DNA of 27,525 nt from a virus (taxonomy: Duplodnaviria; Caudoviricetes): IMG/VR virus record IMGVR_UViG_3300032234_000731, positions 1-27,525 of that record; one strand, given 5' to 3'. The notes beneath the pieces are model-generated. The model was not told the origin of the DNA. It saw only the letters and a program-made list of their open reading frames with translations, and made no database searches. Shown piece by piece: positions 1 to 8,453 of the stretch. The translations under genes and the position numbers were made by a program. Each line of letters begins with the position of its first letter. Positions within the stretch are counted from its first letter, which is position 1.

Positions 1-549
1 GGCCTGTACCAAACTCTCTACAAGTATAGCGACCCCAACTGTGTGGTTGTGTTTGACGACTGCGACAGTATCTTGCTGGATGATGTTGCCTTGAACTTGC
101 TGAAGGGTGCCCTGGACTCGGGTAAGAAGCGCAAGATCTCCTGGTTGAGTGAAAGCAGCAGCCTGCGTCGTGAAGGCATCCCAGACAGTTTTGAGTTCAA
201 AGGTTCAGCAATCTTTATCACCAACTTGAAGTTTGACAAGATGAAGTCGCAGAAACTGCGGGATCACTTGGATGCACTGCAAAGCCGTTGCCACTATCTG
301 GACTTGACTCTGGACACCATGCGTGACAAGCTGTTGCGTATCAAGCAGATTGCTAAAGACGGTGTGTTGTTTGCAGACTATGACTTTGCTCCAGAAGTTC
401 AAGACGAAATCATCGACTTCATGGACGCCAACCAGAATCGCCTGCGTGAAGTGAGCTTGCGTATGGCAATCAAGATTGCAGACCTGCGCAAGATGAGTGT
501 GCTGAACTGGAAGCGCCTGGCAGAAACAACTTGCATGAAGAGTGCCTAA
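1..549 (+). CDS. AAA+-type ATPase (5' truncated)
   Basis: Frame is open from base 1 (GLYQTLYKYSDPNCVVVFDDCD). Walker B-like VVVFDD and sensor-1-like AIFITN are present, followed by ALQSR (arginine-finger-like). Walker A would lie upstream of the window. Confidence 0.75.
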   Translation, partial: GLYQTLYKYSDPNCVVVFDDCDSILLDDVALNLLKGALDSGKKRKISWLSESSSLRREGIPDSFEFKGSAIFITNLKFDKMKSQKLRDHLDALQSRCHYLDLTLDTMRDKLLRIKQIAKDGVLFADYDFAPEVQDEIIDFMDANQNRLREVSLRMAIKIADLRKMSVLNWKRLAETTCMKSA

Positions 550-550
550 C

Positions 551-655
551 ATGAACAGCGACAAGGCCTTTTTTGGTACCGTACTTGCTATGATGGCCTT
601 GTTGTTTGGTTATCCTGTTGCAGCATTTTTTATCTTTTTGATTGCGGTGATGTAA
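551..655 (+). CDS. small hydrophobic membrane peptide (34 aa)
   Basis: Read manually: MNSDKAFFGTVLAMMALLFGYPVAAFFIFLIAVM*. Starts 1 nt after the upstream stop; TAATG overlap with the next ORF. Confidence 0.6.
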   Translation: MNSDKAFFGTVLAMMALLFGYPVAAFFIFLIAVM

Positions 656-807
656 TGACTGTGTGGACTGTTGTTAACATTTTGGCGGCCTGGCTTTTGT
701 GGACCTGGGCCAAGCGTGACTTTGAAGCAGGTCACAACAAACTGGGTTGGGCCAATATCTTCTTCAGTGCCTGGAACGCGGCAGCAGCCGCTAATGCAAT
801 TCTTTAA
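655..807 (+). CDS. small membrane protein (50 aa)
   Basis: Read manually: MTVWTVVNILAAWLLWTWAKRDFEAGHNKLGWANIFFSAWNAAAAANAIL*. Coupled to the previous ORF via TAATG. Confidence 0.6.
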   Translation: MTVWTVVNILAAWLLWTWAKRDFEAGHNKLGWANIFFSAWNAAAAANAIL

Positions 808-815
808 GGAACAGT

Positions 816-926
816 ATGTTTGAAATTTGGGATGGTGATTTGTTTTTGTACTCAGTTGATACTCGTTACGAAGCTGACGAAGCTGAGGAATCTGGATTTA
901 CTGTGCGATCAGTTGAAATAATTTAA
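816..926 (+). CDS. small acidic hypothetical protein (36 aa)
   Basis: MFEIWDGDLFLYSVDTRYEADEAEESGFTVRSVEII*, preceded by a TAAGGA Shine-Dalgarno. Confidence 0.6.
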   Translation: MFEIWDGDLFLYSVDTRYEADEAEESGFTVRSVEII

Positions 927-971
927 GTTTCCCTTGGGCAACAAACGGTTGGCTCCGGCTCTGGGCTTTAC

Positions 972-1004
972 AACAGGTACCCCTAAAAAGGTACCTGTTT
1001 TTTT
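972..1004 (+). terminator. rho-independent terminator
   Basis: 10-bp stem AACAGGTACC / GGTACCTGTT with an 8-nt loop, running into a T tract. Confidence 0.85.
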
Positions 1005-1031
1005 GACTTTTGCTAGAGGTAACTATATACT
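1003..1031 (+). promoter_or_regulatory. sigma70-type promoter
   Basis: TTGACT-17 nt-TATACT; ATG 1038 lies 6 nt downstream. Confidence 0.75.
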
Positions 1032-1037
1032 GTTACA

Positions 1038-1904
1038 ATGCCTGCAAAGTACATGACCATAATCTTAGGCAAAGACGACCCAGTTGAATTAAGATTTAAA
1101 ATTAGAAACACACCCTTAGCCAGGCTGTGGGTAGATCGTATGGAACACAGACACCATTGGTCCTTGGATCACCCCGACAGGTTTTACGGATTCAACACAG
1201 ACGAACAAGAACAGCAACGTGCAGTTGAAATAATTCAGCACTGTGTAAATACGATTAACAATTTCGAACCTATCATTGATCAACCGTTTGAGTATACACA
1301 GAATCATCTCAACTACTTGCATCATATATTCGAAGTGTATCACGGATTGTTGGACAAGCAAACTGGAGAATTCTGGCAACGTGCGCCCAGCGAAGTACAA
1401 CAGGCACTGGCAGAATTAAATTTAGCAGTGCATAGATGCGAAACTGCAAGCCGTGGATCACAACCACGTTTTGTTTGTACTTGGTTTGGCATGCCCAAGA
1501 CTCACAGACTTGATCCCGGACTTCAGGGTGCATACGGTAGTTGGAAAATAGAATTTGGTACAGTGTATCTCAACTACTGCGAAATTGGAAAAACAGTTGA
1601 GGATCTCGAAGCTGACAACGACCAGTACATTGGTGACGAAGCATTCCGACCCTTTGATCACTACAGTGCCGATTTTAACGTTCAATTTTATGAACGCAAT
1701 CTAAGTGAAATATATGGACGAGTTCAGCGTTATATTGATTGGCACCGAGATTTTTTTGTTGCACACAGCATCACAAGTGTGTATAATATCAAGGCACAGC
1801 CCTTGCGTTATCCTGTAGCCGACTTAATATATGATGGCAATCAACAAAAGTTATTGGAAGAAATAGCCCAACGACAGTGGGTACAACAAGTTATTTTAGA
1901 ATGA
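1038..1904 (+). CDS. hypothetical protein (288 aa)
   Basis: Long ORF directly after a promoter, with an ATGA overlap into the helicase. No motif recognised. Confidence 0.75.
   Translation: MPAKYMTIILGKDDPVELRFKIRNTPLARLWVDRMEHRHHWSLDHPDRFYGFNTDEQEQQRAVEIIQHCVNTINNFEPIIDQPFEYTQNHLNYLHHIFEVYHGLLDKQTGEFWQRAPSEVQQALAELNLAVHRCETASRGSQPRFVCTWFGMPKTHRLDPGLQGAYGSWKIEFGTVYLNYCEIGKTVEDLEADNDQYIGDEAFRPFDHYSADFNVQFYERNLSEIYGRVQRYIDWHRDFFVAHSITSVYNIKAQPLRYPVADLIYDGNQQKLLEEIAQRQWVQQVILE
1759..1787 (+). promoter_or_regulatory. sigma70-type promoter inside CDS, upstream of helicase
   Basis: TTGCAC-17 nt-TATAAT, with TGTG just before the -10 and a T-rich tract upstream. Confidence 0.6.
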
Positions 1905-3370
1905 AACAAGCAACCATAGTTATCAAAGACGAGGTCAATATCAAAATCGAAGGACTAGATCTTGACGCTCGCAAACGTTTAGTAAACGCTTTCAAATACG
2001 ATGTTCCTTATGCACGTTATCTTCCTGCCGTACGACTAGGACGCTGGGACGGAAAAGTCAGTTACTTTCAATTGGGAGGCAGTACTTACACAAACTTGTT
2101 GCCTGAGATTGTGCCTATGCTAGAGCAGTTGGGCTACGACATTGACTTAGATGATCAACGAACTTACTCCAACACATTTGAATTTACACAGGTGGAAGAA
2201 CACAGTTGGGCACACAAGACATGGCCCAAAGGACATCCTGCAGAAGGACAGCCAATTATGTTGCGTGACTATCAGGTGGAGATTGTCAACAACTTTTTAA
2301 CAAATCCTCAAAGCATACAAGAAGTAGCCACAGGTGCAGGCAAAACAATCATGACTGCCACACTGAGTGCAGCCGTGGAGCAGTTTGGTCGTAGCATTGT
2401 GATTGTGCCCAACAAAGATCTTGTGCGTCAAACAGAAAAAGACTATCGCAACGTCGGTCTTGATGTTGGTGTTTACTTCGGTGATCGTAAAGAACACGGG
2501 CACCGGCACACAATTTGCACCTGGCAAAGTCTCAACGTGTTGCTCAAGAACACAAAGAACGGTGGGGCAGACATTACTATACAAGACTTTATCGAAGATG
2601 TGGTCTGCGTCATGGTCGACGAAGTACACATGGCCAAAGCTGATGCGTTGAAAACACTGCTTACAGGTGTAATGGCGCAAGTGCCAATTCGTTGGGGACT
2701 CACAGGAACTGTGCCCAAAGAGAAGTTTGAAAGTCAATCGCTATTGGTCAGTCTGGGTCCTGTGGTTAGCAAACTGTCAGCTAATGAATTGCAACAGCAA
2801 GGAGTGTTGGCACAGTGTCACGTTAATATTGTACAGTTGATGGATCATGTTGAGTTCAAAGATTACCAAAGCGAACTAAAATATTTGTTGGAAGAGTCAG
2901 GTCGGCTTGACGCCATGGCCGCATTAATTCAGCAAGTAAACGAAACTGGCAACACATTGGTGTTGGTAGATCGCGTAGCAGCAGGACATGCACTGGTTGA
3001 ACGTCTAGGAGATCGTGCAGTGTTTGTGTCAGGAGCAACCAAGTCAAAAGATAGGCAAACAGAATATGAATCAGTGGCCGAAGCGACAGACAAAATTATT
3101 GTGGCAACATATGGTGTGGCTGCTGTGGGCATTAATATACCTAGGATCTTTAACTTGGTTTTGGTGGAGCCTGGAAAAAGTTTTGTTAGGGTTATACAAA
3201 GTATTGGACGAGGTATTCGCAAGGCAGAAGACAAAGATCACGTTGAAATCTGGGACATAACATCTACTTGTAAATTTGCCAAACGCCATCTAACCAAACG
3301 TAAAGCATACTACAAAGAAGCCAACTATCCTTTTACTGCGGAAAAATTAGAATGGATGAAACTGGCATGA
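1901..3370 (+). CDS. uvsW: SF2 DNA helicase, T4 UvsW-like
   Basis: LRDYQ (Q motif), ATGAGKT (Walker A), DEVH, GLTGT and QSIGRGIR (motif VI), plus the WDGK N-terminal signature. Start placed at ATG 1901 (ATGA overlap). Confidence 0.88.
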   Translation: MKQATIVIKDEVNIKIEGLDLDARKRLVNAFKYDVPYARYLPAVRLGRWDGKVSYFQLGGSTYTNLLPEIVPMLEQLGYDIDLDDQRTYSNTFEFTQVEEHSWAHKTWPKGHPAEGQPIMLRDYQVEIVNNFLTNPQSIQEVATGAGKTIMTATLSAAVEQFGRSIVIVPNKDLVRQTEKDYRNVGLDVGVYFGDRKEHGHRHTICTWQSLNVLLKNTKNGGADITIQDFIEDVVCVMVDEVHMAKADALKTLLTGVMAQVPIRWGLTGTVPKEKFESQSLLVSLGPVVSKLSANELQQQGVLAQCHVNIVQLMDHVEFKDYQSELKYLLEESGRLDAMAALIQQVNETGNTLVLVDRVAAGHALVERLGDRAVFVSGATKSKDRQTEYESVAEATDKIIVATYGVAAVGINIPRIFNLVLVEPGKSFVRVIQSIGRGIRKAEDKDHVEIWDITSTCKFAKRHLTKRKAYYKEANYPFTAEKLEWMKLA

Positions 3371-4071
3371 AGATAGTTGTTTGTGGTGATAGTTTTTGTG
3401 CTAGTACTGTTAAAGAGATTCGTTCAACAGGATCCAGAGCTCATTTTAGTCAAATACTCGAAGATCAGTACGGGTACCAAGTGTTAAATCTTGCACACGG
3501 CGGCATGAGCAACACAGCAATTTGGTTTCAAATTGATCAGGCTATAAAACTCAAGCCCGATGTTATTGTGTATGGAAAAACTTGGAGTAGCAGGATTGAA
3601 CTGTATTTGAAAGATAAACTTTACAATCTAACTGATCCTTTGCGAAATTTTATATATTACGACCCTTGTTACTCTAGTACACATACATCGTATGTTGGCA
3701 CATTCGACGACGGAAGAGCCGACGGAGGAATGGTTGTTAGTACCACTTGGCAAAATATTGAGAACAGCCCATTTTTTGATTTAACTGACGAGCAGATCAA
3801 AGCAGTTAACCTATATCTCAAATACATGTACAATGATTCAGTTTGCGCTCAACGTGACAGTTGGGTATTTGAATATTGGCACAGTCGAATTCAAGCAGCT
3901 GGAATTTTGTCCTTGTGTTTCAAAGACGCAGACATTGGCCAAGTGGCATATAATTTTAGCGCAGCCAATCGAGATTACGATTCTCCTTTTCATACAGATC
4001 GAGCAACACAGGAGATAGTTGCTGCCAACATACATCGTAAGATCGTTGACAGTGTGAGCCAAAACAAGTAA
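3367..4071 (+). CDS. SGNH/GDSL-hydrolase-like protein
   Basis: N-terminal VVCGDSF block I, NLAHGGMSN block II-like and a C-terminal His (SPFH..ATQEIVA). Start placed at ATG 3367 (ATGA overlap). Confidence 0.6.
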   Translation: MKIVVCGDSFCASTVKEIRSTGSRAHFSQILEDQYGYQVLNLAHGGMSNTAIWFQIDQAIKLKPDVIVYGKTWSSRIELYLKDKLYNLTDPLRNFIYYDPCYSSTHTSYVGTFDDGRADGGMVVSTTWQNIENSPFFDLTDEQIKAVNLYLKYMYNDSVCAQRDSWVFEYWHSRIQAAGILSLCFKDADIGQVAYNFSAANRDYDSPFHTDRATQEIVAANIHRKIVDSVSQNK

Positions 4072-4074
4072 AAT
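4046..4074 (+). promoter_or_regulatory. sigma70-type promoter
   Basis: TTGACA-17 nt-TAAAAT overlapping the end of the upstream CDS. Confidence 0.75.
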
Positions 4075-4082
4075 AAAAGCAT

Positions 4083-4583
4083 ATGCGTATATTAACCTTA
4101 GACAACCAACATTATGATCTAGATCATTTACCTGATGAAATAGATGACATGCGTTTTGCTATATTAGATAATTCTAACCCAGCAGACCCAGACTATCATT
4201 TTATACCTTTGATATTTTTGGAGAGTTTTACATCTCCGGCACTGGTATTGAGGATAGGCCACAACACAATTCGCATGCCCATGGATTGGCAGATTTTAAT
4301 CGGAGAACCCGAAATTGGAGACTTAGAAGTCTTGCCGTTGACATCGATCAACGACCGTGGCTTCAAGGTATTTGAATTTAACCCGCTCAGTAGTTTTAGG
4401 CCCAGTTTTCCTGACATCGAAATCTTGGATGTATATCACGAAGTCAACTGGTATGCACCTAAATTAAAAAATGGACAGATGCTAGCTGTTCCATTAAACG
4501 ACGGCGACAAACCTTCTTGTGTTTATTTTGTCAAGGATGTCAGTCGCAACTGCGAAATCGTAGATTACAACAAGGCTTGGTAA
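4083..4583 (+). CDS. phage hypothetical protein, possible degenerate Hint-fold
   Basis: 166-aa ORF behind a promoter; beta-rich pattern resembling Hint blocks without the catalytic residues. Confidence 0.7.
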   Translation: MRILTLDNQHYDLDHLPDEIDDMRFAILDNSNPADPDYHFIPLIFLESFTSPALVLRIGHNTIRMPMDWQILIGEPEIGDLEVLPLTSINDRGFKVFEFNPLSSFRPSFPDIEILDVYHEVNWYAPKLKNGQMLAVPLNDGDKPSCVYFVKDVSRNCEIVDYNKAW

Positions 4584-4584
4584 T

Positions 4585-4920
4585 ATGAAAATTAAATATG
4601 ATATTCACGACATCGGTGGAGAAGTTGTCAAAGACAACGAAACTTACTTGCTCAAAGACAACAAGACCTTAAAAAATCTTGTGCTGAGTTCCACTAAACT
4701 GTATCGCGGCCAGTCCACACGTGGGCACAGTCATGCAGGACAAGAAGAAGTTTACTTCTTTGTACAAGGCACAGGCATGATGATTGTAGACGAAGAACGT
4801 TTCAGAGTCAATGCTGGTGATGTTATTCTTATTCCTGATGGTGCTTTTCACAGGGTAATCAACGATGGTGAAATGAACCTGCTGTTTAACTGTGTGTTTG
4901 ACGGCAAAAGGAATCACTGA
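4585..4920 (+). CDS. cupin domain protein
   Basis: GHSHAGQEEVYFFVQGTG and GDVILIPDGAFHRVIN are the two cupin motifs. Confidence 0.88.
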   Translation: MKIKYDIHDIGGEVVKDNETYLLKDNKTLKNLVLSSTKLYRGQSTRGHSHAGQEEVYFFVQGTGMMIVDEERFRVNAGDVILIPDGAFHRVINDGEMNLLFNCVFDGKRNH

Positions 4921-5180
4921 TGGGTACACTTACTCCGGGAGTGACCTACATTTACGAACGTGCTGACGGTATAATCTATGCTAGGGAGTTTGGCAAGACC
5001 GACCGTCATGTTGTTGGATACGAATCCGGTAAGGACTACGATCCGTATACCACGAATAAGCGAATGCTAACGGAGCTCAACGAAGTTGTTAAAATGTGCG
5101 AAACAGATCCGGCCATGCGTGAGTTGCTGGATCGACTGTTTGTGCTGTATAATCTAAAGAAAACCGATGATATACTGTAA
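4920..5180 (+). CDS. phage hypothetical protein (86 aa)
   Basis: TGATG-coupled ORF inside the operon. Confidence 0.7.
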   Translation: MGTLTPGVTYIYERADGIIYAREFGKTDRHVVGYESGKDYDPYTTNKRMLTELNEVVKMCETDPAMRELLDRLFVLYNLKKTDDIL

Positions 5181-6201
5181 TGCTCCTTGGGTGGGCGCTA
5201 CTTTTTTACCAGACGGAAAGTATGCACCTTGTTGTGCCTACAGCGACCGATCATACGATAGCATACAAGAAATGATCAATGACGTTGGAGGAAAGTTTCT
5301 TCGAGGTGAGATCCCAGCAGGCTGCCCTGACCAGTGCCCAAGAGAGACCTACAATCGATTAGAAACCGACTATAAAACACACAAGATAAAATTTTTAGAT
5401 TTTAGAAACGACAACCTTTGCAACATGAAGTGCAGAAGTTGCGGGCCAGGATTTAGTTCAGCTTGGGCAAGTGAAGCAAAAATACATAAAATACATGCAC
5501 ATCAACCAATATCCATTGCTGAGTTGGATCTCAGTGAATGTGAATCGGTGTATTTTGCCGGCGGCGAACCGTTGATGAATCCGCAACACTATGAAATTCT
5601 TGAAAAACTAATAGAGCAAGGAAGCCAACCTACCATAATGTACAATACCAATCTAAGTGTATTGAATTACAAACACAAGCATGTCAAGGATTATTGGCCT
5701 AAGTTTGACAAAATTAAAATCAATGTCAGCATTGACGCAGTTGGACAATATGCCGAAGTGGTACGCAGCGGAACCGATTGGGGTGTTATTGAAGAAAATT
5801 TAGCCTGGCTAAGATCTCAACAAAACATTTCTATGAGTATATCTCCGGTTATATCGGCAATCAATATTTGGTTCATTGACAGTTTTTTTGAATACTTTAA
5901 CTGGATAAATGAGCCTATTTCTTTCCAGCCAATTTTGGCCAATGTAGATTCTGAGTTTGGACTGATGTGTATTCCTTACATTTTTAGAGATGACATTATA
6001 AAGTCTTTGTCGTCGACAAAATTTAGCAAGCATGTTACTATACAAAGAGCCATTGAAGTTCTACAACAACAAAATTTTAATCAACTTAACTGGTATCGAT
6101 TCCTAGCGCAACAACTAATCCTTGACAATTATAGAAAAGAAAATTGGTTTGATTTGTTGCCAAAAAAACATCAAGTTTACAAAGAGGTATTCCGTGTCTG
6201 A
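5167..6201 (+). CDS. radical SAM protein with N-terminal SPASM/twitch-like Cys cluster
   Basis: CNMKCRSC (CxxxCxxC), AGGEP, YNTN, VSIDA; N-terminal YCNAPW..APCC..CPDQC. Confidence 0.88.
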   Translation: MIYCNAPWVGATFLPDGKYAPCCAYSDRSYDSIQEMINDVGGKFLRGEIPAGCPDQCPRETYNRLETDYKTHKIKFLDFRNDNLCNMKCRSCGPGFSSAWASEAKIHKIHAHQPISIAELDLSECESVYFAGGEPLMNPQHYEILEKLIEQGSQPTIMYNTNLSVLNYKHKHVKDYWPKFDKIKINVSIDAVGQYAEVVRSGTDWGVIEENLAWLRSQQNISMSISPVISAINIWFIDSFFEYFNWINEPISFQPILANVDSEFGLMCIPYIFRDDIIKSLSSTKFSKHVTIQRAIEVLQQQNFNQLNWYRFLAQQLILDNYRKENWFDLLPKKHQVYKEVFRV

Positions 6202-6646
6202 CAAGCTAAACATCGGCAACGAAATGAGACAGTTTGATCGCAAGAACAGACAGTTCTATGATGAACTCACAGAAGAAGAACGTAAAAAGTTTAGCCCATA
6301 CTTAATGATTCGTTGGGGCAGCTCTGTGGAAGGTTCACGCGACCTGCAGGAGTTTTATGTTATCTCTACCAATGAGCGACTCAACAAACATTTCTTTGCT
6401 GTGAATACCGCAGCACACAAAAAGCTACAGTGGTTGTTGGCCACTACAGTGAGTCCAGACATGGGCACACCAAGACATACTTGGATTGCTCCTAAAAAAA
6501 GTGTTGCTGGTGCCAGCGCCAAAAGAAAAGCTTTGCAAGAAATTTATTCCAGTTACAAAGACGACGAAATCGATGTAATGATGGAGTTGGTCTCTCAAAA
6601 GGAAATTGATGCTTACTTTAGATCACTCGGTCAAGATCGAAAGTGA
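6194..6646 (+). CDS. putative clamp-loader small subunit (T4 gp62-like)
   Basis: GTG start after an AAGAGG SD. KKFSPYLMIRWGSS and HKKLQWLL..RHTWI resemble the gp62 family; replication-gene context fits. Confidence 0.55.
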   Translation: MSDKLNIGNEMRQFDRKNRQFYDELTEEERKKFSPYLMIRWGSSVEGSRDLQEFYVISTNERLNKHFFAVNTAAHKKLQWLLATTVSPDMGTPRHTWIAPKKSVAGASAKRKALQEIYSSYKDDEIDVMMELVSQKEIDAYFRSLGQDRK

Positions 6647-6647
6647 A

Positions 6648-7322
6648 ATGAAATATCAGTGTGAGTTTTGTAACAAAACATTTGCTAGAGAAAGCACTGT
6701 TGCCGTTCACATGTGTGAGCCCAAACGCAGGCGTATGGAACAAAACGAGCGTGGTGTACAACTAGGGCTACAAGCATATCTTGAGTTCTATAGACTCATG
6801 AACAAATCTGGCAAAACTCGCACGTTTGATGACTTTGCTGAATCTCCTTACTACAGAGCTTTTACCAAGTTTGGACGTTATTGTGTGGACACACGAGTTA
6901 TCAATCCCGCCCGCATGATCTCTTGGCTGCTGAAAAATCAAAAGAAGATTGATCAATGGTGTTCAGACAGAATCTACACTGAGTATCTCATTGACTATTT
7001 GCAAACCGAATCGGTTGCTGATGCCCTGGCTCGCAGTGTAGAATACAGTATTGATTGGGCCGAACGCAACTCGTCTAGACCACAAGATTGTTTGCGGTAT
7101 GGCAGTGCAAATGGTATTTGCCATGCAGTGTCCGCAGGACGAGTCAGTCCTTGGGTAATTTACAATTCCGAATCGGGACAACAGTTTTTGGCACAGTTGA
7201 GTTCAGAACAGCTACAAATTATTTGGCCTTACATCAACAGTGATGTATGGCAACGCAAATTTCAAGACAACGCAGAAGATCTCGAGTATGCTAGAGAAAT
7301 TCTAACTCAAGCAGGATGGTAA
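6648..7322 (+). CDS. C2H2/C2HC-type zinc-finger protein
   Basis: YQCEFCNKTFARESTVAVHMC at the N-terminus. Start placed at ATG 6648, 1 nt after the upstream stop. Confidence 0.7.
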   Translation: MKYQCEFCNKTFARESTVAVHMCEPKRRRMEQNERGVQLGLQAYLEFYRLMNKSGKTRTFDDFAESPYYRAFTKFGRYCVDTRVINPARMISWLLKNQKKIDQWCSDRIYTEYLIDYLQTESVADALARSVEYSIDWAERNSSRPQDCLRYGSANGICHAVSAGRVSPWVIYNSESGQQFLAQLSSEQLQIIWPYINSDVWQRKFQDNAEDLEYAREILTQAGW

Positions 7323-7323
7323 C

Positions 7324-7671
7324 ATGATTAGAAATATCACAAGTGGCCCGGGCATACACGTTTCGGGCAGCGTATACAACACACCCTACATTGACACTAC
7401 CAGAGCCAGTGCTGGTATGGTTCGCTATGTTGGCGGCAATCTTGAAGTGTATGATGGCAGCTCATGGTTGCCGTTGCAGTCCAGTTATCCACTGATTGAA
7501 CTAGACGGCGTAACACAGGAAGCCATACAATGGACACGCCGACGAATGGAAGAAGAAAAACGCATGCTGGAATTGGCCCGAAATCATCCCACTGTAGCCG
7601 ATGCATTGGCAGCCAGAGATCGAGCAGACGAAGCTGTGCGTATTGCTGTAGCATTGTGTGATACAAAATGA
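7324..7671 (+). CDS. phage hypothetical protein (115 aa)
   Basis: Tightly packed ORF; beta-rich N-half and helical C-half. Confidence 0.7.
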   Translation: MIRNITSGPGIHVSGSVYNTPYIDTTRASAGMVRYVGGNLEVYDGSSWLPLQSSYPLIELDGVTQEAIQWTRRRMEEEKRMLELARNHPTVADALAARDRADEAVRIAVALCDTK

Positions 7672-8453
7672 GCGCAGATTTGGATTTTCCGTTGATTTAT
7701 TGCAACGGAGACAGCTATAGTAACGATCAGTATCATGCTTCTTTGACAGGAAAAACTTATGCCCATGTAGTTGGAGAACACTGTCACGGATTTGTTATCA
7801 ATGCCGCGGTAAACGGCAGTTGTAATAGAAGAATTATTAGAACTTCATTGCACGATTTAATTCTTCAACGGCAGCTGAATCCTTTACAAAAAATAATTGC
7901 GCTGATTGGACTAAGTTTTGAGCTGAGATCTGAAATATGGGCGGACAACTTGCCTAGTCGTCAGCCTAGTGAGTCAAACTTTGTAACGCACACTTTCAGC
8001 GGTCAACAGAACTGGAGAGAGAATCTATTAAACCACAAAAACATTGAATCTCCCAACAAGTATAAATTAGACACTAAGTTTTATGAAAAATTTAGTCAGG
8101 GCCGAGCATATTTTTTTAGCCCATATGCTGAAAGAATTAATTTACTTGCAGACTTGATTATGTTAAAATCAACTTTAGACAGTATGAATATTGACTTTTT
8201 GATTTTTCAGGGGCCTGCTGCTGAAAAATTAGAGAGCGACTATTTGCTAGATTTTTTTAAACAACAAATTGCAATGGACCAACGAATTTTCGATCTAGAA
8301 ACATTTGGATTTTGCGATTGGTCACACGAACAAAAGTTTACACCATTGGATTTTTTAGATCGCCCAAAAATTGGTCACTATGGTCCAGACGCACATCGTT
8401 CGTTTGCAAACACAATTCTGTTGCCTAAACTTGAAGAATTATCCATATTATGA
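7668..8453 (+). CDS. SGNH/GDSL-hydrolase-like protein
   Basis: IYCNGDSYS, INAAVNGSCNRRI and C-terminal GHYGPDAHRSFAN. ATGA overlaps at both ends. Confidence 0.62.
   Translation: MSADLDFPLIYCNGDSYSNDQYHASLTGKTYAHVVGEHCHGFVINAAVNGSCNRRIIRTSLHDLILQRQLNPLQKIIALIGLSFELRSEIWADNLPSRQPSESNFVTHTFSGQQNWRENLLNHKNIESPNKYKLDTKFYEKFSQGRAYFFSPYAERINLLADLIMLKSTLDSMNIDFLIFQGPAAEKLESDYLLDFFKQQIAMDQRIFDLETFGFCDWSHEQKFTPLDFLDRPKIGHYGPDAHRSFANTILLPKLEELSIL

Noticed and set aside
927-971. Possible small structured RNA before the terminator
   Set aside because: Short GC-richer spacer with no convincing stem or tRNA/ncRNA signature; more likely a 3' UTR.
4970-5153. TATAAT hexamers inside ORF 4920-5180
   Set aside because: The site at 4970 has no -35; the site at 5148 has only a weak TTGCTG at 18 nt. 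Support is insufficient.
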